The notes under the pieces are model-generated. The model was not told where the DNA came from. It saw only the letters and a program-made list of their open reading frames with translations, and searched no databases. The position numbers and the translations under genes are program-made. A stretch of 64,000 nt of DNA from an uncultured bacterium (GTDB taxonomy: Bacteria; Acidobacteriota; HRBIN11; JAKEFK01): positions 30,114 to 94,113 of the forward strand of contig CAVYSN010000004.1 of the NCBI GenBank assembly GCA_963771165.1, read 5' to 3'. This document shows, one piece after another, positions 48,581-57,554 of this stretch. Numbering within the stretch: position 1 is the first letter of the stretch; the number at the start of each line of letters is the position of its first letter.

Positions 48581-50062
48581 ATGATAGATTGCGGAATGAA
48601 GCTTGTTTTAATGGTGCAGGACGGATCCTTAGCAGGATCTCAAATCGAGCTGGAACAAGGTTACATTCTTTTAGGCAGGGGATCGGATTGCAATCTACGC
48701 TTTCATTCCGATGGGGATAACGGCGTCTCCACGCACCACGCGATCATTCAGGCAGCACATGATGGCTTTTACCTGACAGACCAGAAAAGTACCAACGGCA
48801 CGTACGTGAACGGACATCCTATTCAGGACAAATGGCTCCAGCCGGGGGACGTCATTCAGCTGGGCCGTAGCGGACCCAAAATCAATGTGAACGTCCAGGC
48901 CCCTGCCGTCGAACCAGAGCAATCCAAAATCAAGACCTTCCAGACACTCGGTGAGCGCACATTCTACAATCCCGAAAAACCGAGAAAAGAATCACATTAC
49001 TGGAAAATGGCAATCGCCATTGTTTTCACCTTCATCATGATTTTCATTGTAACGATCTTGATGGTGACAAATATGGGTTTTGAAGGAACCTTTGTTGGCA
49101 GCTTCATGGCTTTTCTGCCTGCTCCTTTTTATTTGTTCCTGTATTTATGGATGGATCGCTACGATCCCGAGCCTCCCTGGGCGATTGCCGGCGCTTTCGC
49201 ATGGGGAGCATTGTTCTGTATCTTCATCTCCTTTATCGTGAATACGCTATTTGGTTCGGTCGCGGCCAGTTTTATGGGTGAACCGGCCGGACAAACTTTA
49301 TCGGCTGTGATCTCGGCTCCTTTTATCGAAGAACTTACAAAAGGGGCAGGCGTTGTATTTATCGCCCTTTTTCTAAGAAAGGAATTTGATGGAGTGCTCG
49401 ATGGGATTGTTTACGCGGGAGTTGTAGGACTCGGCTTTGCCACCGTAGAGAACATCCTCTATTACGGCGGTACGTTTGTGAAAGATGGTCCGGGAGGACT
49501 CCTCTTCATCGGTTTTTTACGCGGAGTACTTTCTCCGTTTATTCACTCGTTCTTCACAGCCATGACCGGAATTGGCTGCGGTTTGGCGCGGGAATCGCAC
49601 AATAAGCTGGTTCAAATTTCAGCCCCTGTGCTCGGTTTCTTTGGTGCGATGACGCTTCATGCTCTCTGGAACTTTTCCGCTTCTTTGTTGGGCGGCTTCT
49701 TCTTTCTTGCGTACTTCGTCATATGGGTCCCCTTCTTTTTAGCATTTATTGGGTTCATCTTCTTTATCGCAAGACGCGAAAAGAAGATCATGAAACGGGT
49801 CCTCGCCGTCGAACAAGGGGGGTTGTTAACGCGGGAAGAAATCGATCTGGCCGGATCGATGATGGGCAGAATCCGTTGGCTACTATCTTCCAGTGGCTGG
49901 AAGACATTTCAGGCGCGAAGAAAGTTCCTGCGCGCCATTACAAGACTTGCCTTCTGTTACTGGCATGTCGAAAGAGCCCTTTCTGCGAAAAGCGAAACGC
50001 TCAGCATGCAACAAATTCCACAATTTCGTTCGGAAATATCGCAGATCAAGGCCGTTCTGTGA
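48581..50062 (+). CDS. FHA domain fused to a PrsW-family intramembrane protease
   Basis: The N-terminus reads ILLGRGSDCNLRF...HAIIQAAHDGFYLTDQKSTNGTYVNG. The PrsW motifs are PFIEELTKGAG and GLGFATVENILY. The start may instead be 48596. Confidence 0.8.
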   Translation: MIDCGMKLVLMVQDGSLAGSQIELEQGYILLGRGSDCNLRFHSDGDNGVSTHHAIIQAAHDGFYLTDQKSTNGTYVNGHPIQDKWLQPGDVIQLGRSGPKINVNVQAPAVEPEQSKIKTFQTLGERTFYNPEKPRKESHYWKMAIAIVFTFIMIFIVTILMVTNMGFEGTFVGSFMAFLPAPFYLFLYLWMDRYDPEPPWAIAGAFAWGALFCIFISFIVNTLFGSVAASFMGEPAGQTLSAVISAPFIEELTKGAGVVFIALFLRKEFDGVLDGIVYAGVVGLGFATVENILYYGGTFVKDGPGGLLFIGFLRGVLSPFIHSFFTAMTGIGCGLARESHNKLVQISAPVLGFFGAMTLHALWNFSASLLGGFFFLAYFVIWVPFFLAFIGFIFFIARREKKIMKRVLAVEQGGLLTREEIDLAGSMMGRIRWLLSSSGWKTFQARRKFLRAITRLAFCYWHVERALSAKSETLSMQQIPQFRSEISQIKAVL

Positions 50063-50107
50063 GATTTGCTTTTTGGGAGTCCTCTCGCTATATTAAGTTG
50101 AATATTT

Positions 50108-51166
50108 TTGGAGCCATTCTTTCCTCCCATGTCTCAATTATCTGATCTGTCGTTCTCCCAGGATTGGGAAACAATTCGCGAAATTGTTCAGAAGGGCCGG
50201 CGCTTTCTAATTACGACTCATGTAAATGCCGATCCTGACGGTCTGGGTTCCGAACTGGCTCTTGCGGAAGCACTCCGCGCAATCAACAAAGAACCACACA
50301 TCGTGAATCCAACACAGATTTCAAAGAATTTTTCATTTCTTGATCCGAAACGCGAGATTCAGGAGTACACAAAAGAGATCGGTGACCTGGCCGTTGGCTT
50401 TGATGCAGTCTTCATTCTGGACATCAGCCGCTGGGAGCGTTTGGCGCTCTTGCGGACCCGATCCGCTATTGCGGCAAACCCAAAATCTGCATTGATCACC
50501 ATCCTTATTCAGGAGGATTTTCCGACCATCATCTCGTCAATGTAAATGCGTGCGCTAGTGCTGAGATTGTTTATGACTTATTGCAGTACATCGGCATTCC
50601 GATCTCCCGGCGAATTGCAGAGAGCATTTATGTTTCGATTCTTGCCGACACGGGAGCATTCACTTTCTCAAACACAAACACGCGCACTCATCAGATCGCT
50701 GCCGATCTTGCTTTCTTATGGAATTTGTCCCCGTACCTTGTATGAAAATCTCTATCAAAATCACACACCCGAAAGATTGAAGTTTCTCGGCGCTGTCCTC
50801 GATCGTCTGCAATTTGACTGTGAACAGAGGCTTGCATGGGTGACAGTGTCCCAACAAATGCTGAAGGAAAATGGCATGACGCCGGATGATCTGGAAGGAT
50901 TTGTTGATTTGCCGAGAAATTGCCGCTCTGTACTGCTTTCGATGTTATTTGCTGAAGTGGAAACGGACGATGTAAAGATCAGTTTGCGCAGCAAAGGTGA
51001 TTTTCATTCGAATAAGATAGCCGCTCAGTTTGGAGGCGGCGGTCACAGCCACGCTTCAGGGATTCGTTTGTCCGGCAATCTGCAGAGCGTCGAAGAAACC
51101 GTTCTGTCCGAAGCTCGAACCGCTCTTCGATCATTCTTGAAAGACAACATTCCCCTCGGCGCTTAA
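50108..51166 (+). CDS. nrnA: DHH/DHHA1 phosphoesterase (NrnA-like), at least 2 frame breaks (~50490, ~50700)
   Basis: ITTHVNADPDGLGS; an alternative frame gives IDHHPY...; the DHHA1 motif is GGGGHSHASG. Confidence 0.8.
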
Positions 51167-51179
51167 GACACATTGAATA

Positions 51180-51213
51180 CCTTTAACTTTTAATCTTTAT
51201 CTTTTATCTTTAC
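51180..51213. repeat. Solo 3' arm of the F5 family abutting the nfo start
   Basis: cctttaacttttaatctttatcttttatctttac has no 5' arm upstream, where the nrnA coding sequence lies. Confidence 0.6.
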
Positions 51214-51216
51214 TTG

Positions 51217-52106
51217 ATGCTTTTAGGCGCTCACATGTCCATCGAAGGAGGGCTCCATCGGGCCCTGGAGAGAGGACACTCGATCGGATGCACGACAATT
51301 CAGATTTTTACAAGGAACAATGCAAGGTGGGCGGCTCGCGATCTTTACGAGGAAGAAATCGAGCAGTTTCGGACAATTCGGGAACATGTATTCGATTCAT
51401 TCTGTTTTTGTGCATTGCAGTTATCTCATCAATCTTGCTGCGGAAAATTTCTACGAGAAATCGATTGAAGGATTAAAAGTCGAAGTGTTGCGCGCAGAGA
51501 GTCTGGGGCTGCCGTTCGTGGTTTTGCATCCAGGAGCTCACATGGGTCAAGGTGAAGAAGAAGGACTCATCCGCGTGGCCGCTGCGATCGATCGTGTGAT
51601 GGATGCAACGTCCAGGGCACGTTGCAAAATCGTGATTGAGAATACGGCGGGCCAGGGATCCTGTATAGGCTGCAAAATCGAACATCTTGAGTTTCTGTGG
51701 AATCATGTTGCCGATCGTAGCCGATTGGGGTTCTGTCTGGACACGTGCCATTTATTCGCAGCAGGTTACGACATTCGCACGGAGAAAGCTTACGAAAAAA
51801 CATTTGACTGAGCTGCTCAACCACGTTCCATTGGAAGCAATTCTTGCTTTTCATTTGAACGATTCGAAAAAACCGTTGGGCTCTCGTGTCGACCGGCATG
51901 AACACATTGGAAAAGGAGAAATTGGTCGAATCGCGTTCCGCTGCCTGTTGAATGACTCGCGATTCTTTCATGTTCCTAAAGTCCTTGAGACTCCAAAAGG
52001 AAAAGATCTGGCGGAAGATATCGTGAACTTGAAATGCTTGCGACGCATGATCAGGACTACCACGGAGTCACGGAATTCACGAGAGATAAAAACAATTGGT
52101 AGCTAG
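51217..52106 (+). CDS. nfo: Endonuclease IV, 2 frame breaks (~51395, ~51810)
   Basis: LLGAHMSIEGG, VHCSYLINLA, VLHPGAH, IENTAGQGS, CLDTCHLFAAGYD, FHLNDSKKPLGSRVDRHEHIG. The last ~15 codons read into the F1 repeat. Confidence 0.9.
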
Positions 52107-52133
52107 CTCCGTGCTCTCCGTGACTCCGTGGTT
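52059..52133. repeat. Word-hairpin element, CACGGAG family (F1)
   Basis: CCACGGAG TCACGGAA TTCACGAGAG / ctccgtgctctccgtgactccgtggtt. It lies between the convergent nfo and receiver genes. Confidence 0.85.
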
Positions 52134-52141
52134 ACGCGGTT

Positions 52142-52499
52142 TTAAGGAATTTCAGTATCGCGTTCCAGAAGTTTTTGCGTCTTGAGCGGTTTGTAGTAGA
52201 TTCCGATGATCCCGGGATGTCTTGTCATCCGTAATTGCGTTGAATCTCCGGCTGAATTCAAGAATCACATAAGAAGGAAGCTTGCGAATCTCAAATGCCT
52301 TTTCGGCAAATTGATACGCCGTCATCCCATCAAACTGACCCGCGGCGATCAACAAGTGAGGCGCCTCGATTTCGATTTCAGCAAGAGCATGCTGCGGATT
52401 GAAACACACACGCACTTTCAGCTGGGCCTCGGACAGTTTCTTGATCAACTCACCGAGAGTTTCAGAAGTGTCATCCAGAATGAGAACGCTTTTGTTCAT
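52142..52499 (-). CDS. Stand-alone receiver-like domain lacking the phospho-acceptor Asp; frame break near 52215
   Basis: The N-terminus contains VLILDDTSE. The expected acceptor position reads LLIAAGQFDGM (Ala instead of Asp). The C-terminus is restored as PGIIGIYYKPLKTQKLLERDTEIP*. Confidence 0.55.
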
Positions 52500-52507
52500 C
52501 TTACTGA

Positions 52508-52578
52508 AGATTGTAGATTGTAGACGTCAAAATGCAAAATGCTCCTTTGCAATCTAGAATATGCCATATGCCATATGC
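52508..52578. repeat. Three adjacent tandem 7-mer duplications
   Basis: AGATTGT x2 (52508..52521), AAAATGC x2 (52529..52542), ATATGCC x2.9 (52559..52578). Confidence 0.75.
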
Positions 52579-52610
52579 AATAGAAAGAGCGGTATAATAC
52601 TTCGTCTTCC

Positions 52611-53219
52611 ATGAAGATTTTAACTAGAAACAAGATTGTCGAGGCATTCCATTTCCCTTTTACGGAAGCTTTAGTCTTTTCCATACTGCTCTGGACATCC
52701 TGGGGACTTGCGGAAGCGTTCTACTGGGATCGCCTTTCAGGGATTCTACATGGCGACGATCAGCATCTCGGATCCTACATCTATTTACAGGCCTTTTTTA
52801 TCTACGTTGGAGTTGCAGCTTTTCTTGCAACGCTTCTTTACGTTGGAATGCGAATTGTGCTTGCGATCTTTCATTTGCACAATACCCGCACATTCCGGGC
52901 CTACACGCTTTGCAGTATGCTTGCAACTTTTTTTATCGCGACTCTGTTTCATTGTTCGAGAATAATTCTCCAGCAAAACCATACTGCAAATACTCGCTAC
53001 GTTGTGCTCGGTGTAATGGTTGTATTTGCGATCGGTCTCATCGTCTTGCTTTATCGTTGGGCAATGGGCGAAGACTTCAGGATTCGCAGGTCGGGCACCA
53101 TGATGCTCAGTATTCTTGTGATTTCTGTTGTGTTATCCTTCGTCCCTTTTCCGATTTTTTCATACGAATCCGGCATCAACACGTGCAAAAACCAGTGCAT
53201 CAGGGTTATCGTAATCTGA
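52611..53219 (+). CDS. Integral membrane protein, unknown function
   Basis: 202 aa with ~6 hydrophobic helices. A TATAAT box at 52593..52598 ends 12 nt upstream of the start. Confidence 0.5.
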   Translation: MKILTRNKIVEAFHFPFTEALVFSILLWTSWGLAEAFYWDRLSGILHGDDQHLGSYIYLQAFFIYVGVAAFLATLLYVGMRIVLAIFHLHNTRTFRAYTLCSMLATFFIATLFHCSRIILQQNHTANTRYVVLGVMVVFAIGLIVLLYRWAMGEDFRIRRSGTMMLSILVISVVLSFVPFPIFSYESGINTCKNQCIRVIVI

Positions 53220-53269
53220 TGGCCTATCAATACCTGGCGCCCCTGTTGAATCCATAAAGGAGCTTAAAC

Positions 53270-54437
53270 ATGCGTGAGTTTTTGGCTGAAGAACATCGCC
53301 GTCGGCTGATCGATTGGCGCCGGGATTTTCATTCTCATCCGGAGCTCGCGTATCAAGAGAACCGTACAGCAGGAATTGTTGCTCAACATCTGCAGCAATG
53401 TGGTTATCACGTTGGAGAAGGAATCGGTGGAACAGGTGTCACGGGTTTGATCCAGGGAGAATCGCCTGGTAAGACGTTGATGCTTCGAGCCGACATGGAT
53501 TGTTTGCCTGTGCAGGAAGAGAATGAGGTCTCTTATGCATCCGTATTTCCGGGCCGCATGCATGCCTGTGGCCACGATGGGCATACGGCGATCTTGATGG
53601 CCGTTGCAGAACAACTGCAAGAACGGCGCCAGAATCTTCGCGGAACAGCGAAACTTGTCTTTCAGCCCGCAGAAGAAGGCGGAAACGGAGCTGAAAAAAT
53701 GATTCAGGACGGCGTACTGGACAATCCGAAAGTAGACGTTGCGTTCGGATTGCACTTGTGGAATGACAAACCTGTTGGAAAAGTTGCTCTGAACCGGACC
53801 GCCTTGATGGCTGGCGTTCATTCGTTTGATTTGACCATTGTCGGGAAAGCTGGCCATGGCGCGGCACCTCACCAGACGATTGATCCAATCGTAACTGCAT
53901 CCCAAATCATCAATAATCTGCAAACCATTGTCAGTCGTAATGTGGATCCGCTTGAAACTGCTGTTGTAACAGTTGCTTCGATTCATGCAGGTTCTGCCTT
54001 CAACGTGATCGCAGAGTCTGCTGCTTTGAAGGGCACAGTGCGCTATTTCAGTCCGGTGCTCGGAGAGCGTCTGCCACAATTGTTTGAACGAATTGTTGCC
54101 GGGACAACGCAATCGATGGGAGCAACCTACACATTGGATTATCAAAAGCTCACGCCACCCACGATCAACGACCCAGCCTGGGCCGAATTCATCCGGGAAG
54201 TGGCTGCGCAAGTCGTGGGCAGTGAGAATGTGTTGATGGATGCCCGCACAATGGGCGGTGAGGATATGTCCTTTTTCTTAAATGAAGTTCCTGGGCTGTT
54301 TCTTCTTCGTTGGTTCCCGGAACGAGGAAAAGAATTTTGTTTATCCACACCACTCGCCAAAATTTGATTTCGATGAAGCTGCGCTGGAAATCGGAGTGGA
54401 AATTCTGTGCAGGGCCACAGAAAAGTTTCTGAGGTAG
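53270..54437 (+). CDS. M20 family amidohydrolase (N-acyl-amino acid amidohydrolase/hippuricase-like); frame break near 54295
   Basis: [34 protein letters not shown]. The C-terminus is restored as [30 protein letters not shown] by dropping one G from a GGG run. Confidence 0.85.
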
Positions 54438-54584
54438 AACTATAATCTAAGTGGTGCGAACGTCCCACTCGCAAGTTAAGCGGCCTGGATTAATACTGTT
54501 ACCCTACCATAACCTCCCAGGCGGGATGCCCGTACGACATGGTTAAGAATGTGTTGAGACTACGACTTACCAGGAGGTTGCAAC

Positions 54585-55245
54585 TTGAAAAGCAGTCAGT
54601 TTGTGAAAGAGCTTTACGAGCTCCAGCAGCAGATGTTATCGGGTCTGGACAATATGGAGCTTGTTCAGGCGGAATCCCAAAACAATCTTGAAATGGCAAA
54701 TCTGCTAAAAATTGCGTTGAAAAATGAAATAGAAGCGAGCGAGCTTGCCGCTTACTGGATCAGTTCCACGCCTGAGATCGATGTAAAGCTCGGTTTTGCC
54801 AGACAAGCCGGTGACGAAGCAAAACATTACAGGCTGATTGAAAAACGACTGGCCGAAATGGGGATCGACATCACGGGATTCGATCCCCTTTCCACAGGAT
54901 ATTCGAAAATGTTTGAATACTTAAAAAAGATGGAAGACACGGTCAGCCGGCTCGCTTGCGGACAATTTATGCGTGAAGGAATCGCTGTGAAACGGAACGA
55001 GCAATTCATCAAACTCTGCGAGATTCGCGGGGATCAGGAGACAGCAAAACTTTACAGAGAAATCATTCAACCGGATGAGCTGTTCCATCACCAGCTTGGA
55101 AAAACAATGCTGGAAAAATATGCAACCGATCCTCAAAAACAGCAAGCGGCGCGGGAGGCAGTGCTTCAAACGCTTATCGATCGCAGAAGAGTTACGAGGA
55201 CTCGCAGAAAAGAAGCTCGGCGTCTGCCAGATTCCGGGGTGCTGA
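54585..55245 (+). CDS. Ferritin-like di-iron carboxylate protein, frame break near 55175
   Basis: There are two ExxH motifs (GDEAKHY, PDELFHH). AGGAGG lies upstream of the TTG start. The C-terminus is restored as ...IAEELRGLAEKKLGVCQIPGC*. Confidence 0.55.
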
Positions 55246-55246
55246 C

Positions 55247-56110
55247 ATGGAAATCAAGAAAATCACAGTTCTGGGCGCGGGGATCATGGGTTCCGGAATT
55301 GCTCATGTTGCCGCAGCTGCCGGATTCAAGACAATCTCTACGATATTAGTAAGGAAATGCTAGCCGGCGCTCTCTGCTCAGATCCGGAAGAATCTGGAAA
55401 AGGGAGTTGAGCTCAAAAAAATCACGGCAGAACAAATGCAAGAGGCAATCTCGAATATCAATTGCTGCGACAATCTGGATGAGGTCTGCGCAGATTCTGA
55501 TTTCATCATTGAAGCCGTGCCTGAGAATATGGAGCTGAAGCTGAAAATCTTCTCCTCACTTGATCGAACGGCTCCGGCGCATGCCTGTTTTGCAAGCAAC
55601 ACTTCCGGCTTAAGCATCACAGAAATGGCAGCGGCGACCTCCCGACCGAAGCGATTGATCGGAATGCATTTTTTCAATCCGGTTCACAAAATGAAACTTG
55701 TCGAAATCATCCGGGGCCTCGAAACGGATGATGAAACTTATCGTCTGACCGATGAGATTGCGCGAAAAATGGGAAAAGAGACAGTATCGATCCGCGAATC
55801 TCCAGGCTTTGTTACAAGCCGGATCAATGCCTTAATCGGAAACGAGGCGTTCTACATGCTGCAAGAAGGAATCGCAACCGCCGAGGACATTGATAAGGCG
55901 TTAAAACTCGGATTGAATCATCCGATGGGTCCTTTCGAGCTTGTGGATCTCGTTGGCCTCGACACTCGATTGAGCATCTTAACTCATTTGCATCAAACCC
56001 TCGGTGAAAAATACCGGCCCTGTCCGTTGCTCGTAAAATATGTGAAGGCCGGCCGTTTAGGTCGAAAAACGGGCAAAGGTGTTTACGATTATCCGGAGAA
56101 AAAATCATGA
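55247..56110 (+). CDS. 3-hydroxyacyl/3-hydroxybutyryl-CoA dehydrogenase, at least 2 frame breaks (~55320-55400)
   Basis: MEIKKITVLGAGIMGSGIAHVAA is a Rossmann motif. NTSGLSITEMA, IGMHFFNPVHKMKLVEI and ESPGFVTSRI follow. Confidence 0.85.
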
Positions 56111-56886
56111 TGGATTTGAAGAATGTGAAGTTTGAAGCTCGCGACAGGATCGCATGGATCACAATCCACCGTCCGGAAGTCAGAAATGCTCTGGATTTGC
56201 AAACCGTGAATGAGTTGCATGCTATTTTTTCAGAATTCAATCAATCGGAAGACGTGGGTGTTGTTGTTTTGACCGGGGCAGGCGAAAAAGTCTTTGTTTC
56301 CGGAGCCGATATTCGCGATATTCAGGCGCGTAAAACAATGGATGCTTTAAAGGGAATCAATTCACGGTTATTTAAAGTCGTGGAAGATTGTGAAAAACCT
56401 GTGATTGCAGCGGTCAACGGATTTGCTTTCGGCGGCGGATGCGAGCTTGCGTTGTCCTGCGACATTCGAATCTGCAGTGATCATGCGAAGTTCGGGTTGC
56501 CTGAAGCCTCGCTCGGTATCATTCCTGCAGCCGGTGGGATGTACCGTCTGGCGCGCGTGGCCGGAATCGGGATAACGAAAGAACTGGTTCTAACCGGAGA
56601 ACCAATGGACGCGCAGCGGGCATACCAGGTCGGGCTCGTTTCGCGTGTTGTACCGCAAAATGAGCTGCTGAAAACGGCTGAACAACTTTGCCAGAAGATT
56701 CTTTCGCGCGGACCACTCGCGATCCGCTTAGCCAAACGGTCGCTGAATCTGATCACTCAGATGCCGACAGAAGCCGCCATGGCTCTGGAATCTTTCGTTC
56801 AGGGCATTCTCTTTGAATCGGAAGATAAGCAAGAAGGGACGAGCGCCTTTTTAGAAAAAAGACATCCGCATTTCAAAGGCAAATAA
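56107..56886 (+). CDS. Enoyl-CoA hydratase (crotonase)
   Basis: VVVLTGAGEKVFVSGADI, AAVNGFAFGGGCELALSCDIRI, EGTSAFLEKRHPHFKGK. Confidence 0.9.
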   Translation: MMDLKNVKFEARDRIAWITIHRPEVRNALDLQTVNELHAIFSEFNQSEDVGVVVLTGAGEKVFVSGADIRDIQARKTMDALKGINSRLFKVVEDCEKPVIAAVNGFAFGGGCELALSCDIRICSDHAKFGLPEASLGIIPAAGGMYRLARVAGIGITKELVLTGEPMDAQRAYQVGLVSRVVPQNELLKTAEQLCQKILSRGPLAIRLAKRSLNLITQMPTEAAMALESFVQGILFESEDKQEGTSAFLEKRHPHFKGK

Positions 56887-57320
56887 TGGGCTTTTCGGTT
56901 GCCCTCCTGCTCATTGGAATTGCATTCGGCAGCGCATTGACTCTTCAACTCTTCGTGATTCCGCCGTTGATGGCTCGTGTACAGGATCGCTCCACTGTTT
57001 CGCGGGTGTCGAATGAATCATTGAAGCGACATCACACTCTGTGTGCGTTGCTCCTCGCTCCGGCGGCGGTTCTTTTCTACGCCACCGGTCACTTCCCTGC
57101 TTTCATCCTGACTGCAATTCTATGGATCTTAAACCTGTATCAACGGTTCTGGATTTTTACAAAATTGCATCTTGTGAAGCAGCCGATCGGAGTACAGGAT
57201 ATGATCCAGCCGGATAATGTTTTGCGCGAAGAATTCAATCGTTTGCAGCAACGCGTCTACCTCCTGTTTCGAATCCATCTGTTGTTCCTTTTGATTGACC
57301 TGCTTGTAACCATCATTTGA
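56886..57320 (+). CDS. Small integral membrane protein, unknown function
   Basis: 144 aa with 4 hydrophobic helices. The start is adjacent to the crotonase stop. Confidence 0.45.
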   Translation: MGFSVALLLIGIAFGSALTLQLFVIPPLMARVQDRSTVSRVSNESLKRHHTLCALLLAPAAVLFYATGHFPAFILTAILWILNLYQRFWIFTKLHLVKQPIGVQDMIQPDNVLREEFNRLQQRVYLLFRIHLLFLLIDLLVTII

Positions 57321-57356
57321 ACCAACAGTTCACGCGGTCTACAAACCGAATCATCA

Positions 57357-57386
57357 TTGTAGGGCGACGTGTATGGCGCCCGCGGG
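57357..57386. repeat. REP-like variant (GTAG head)
   Basis: ttGTAGggcgacgtgtatggcgcccgcggg. Confidence 0.4.
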
Positions 57387-57410
57387 CCTCCGACTCAGCG
57401 GCCGGGTTTT

Positions 57411-57480
57411 TTTACAGAAGATAGCAAAGGGAACAAAGAATAAAGATTTACCCTTCGCTTACTTTGCTTGCTTCTATAAA
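57411..57480. repeat. Word-hairpin element, AGCAAAG family (F3)
   Basis: tttacagaagatagcaaagggaacaaag / cccttcgcttactttgcttgcttctataaa. It is preceded by a T7 run. Confidence 0.85.
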
Positions 57481-57486
57481 AGCTCA

Positions 57487-57514
57487 CGCGGGCGCGATGA
57501 ATCGCGCCCCTACA
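57487..57514. repeat. REP-A copy
   Basis: cgcGGGCGCGAtgaaTCGCGCCCctaca. Confidence 0.8.
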
Positions 57515-57517
57515 TCC

Positions 57518-57546
57518 TTGAACCTTCCGTTGCATGGCACTAGAAT
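57518..57546 (+). promoter_or_regulatory. Sigma70-like promoter candidate giving a near-leaderless proline dehydrogenase mRNA
   Basis: TTGAAC, a 17-nt spacer, then TAGAAT. The -10 ends 8 nt before ATG 57555, and there is no SD. Confidence 0.45.
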
Positions 57547-57554
57547 AGGCACGC

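Noticed and set aside
50543-50545. In-frame TAA between the two nrnA ORFs (50108..50545 and 50546..51166), a possible readthrough or recoding site
   Set aside because: The DHH-family sequence between about 50490 and 50700 (IDHHPY...SAEIVYDLL...ADTGAF) is encoded in a different frame. The TAA therefore lies in a mis-framed stretch created by two compensating indels.
2426-56110. Reading the many frame breaks as genuine pseudogenes or as programmed ribosomal frameshifting
   Set aside because: The breaks hit essential single-copy genes (leuS, metG, hflX). There are too many of them, several per gene. Several coincide with homopolymer runs, and I saw no shared slippery motif. Sequencing or assembly indels are the simpler explanation.
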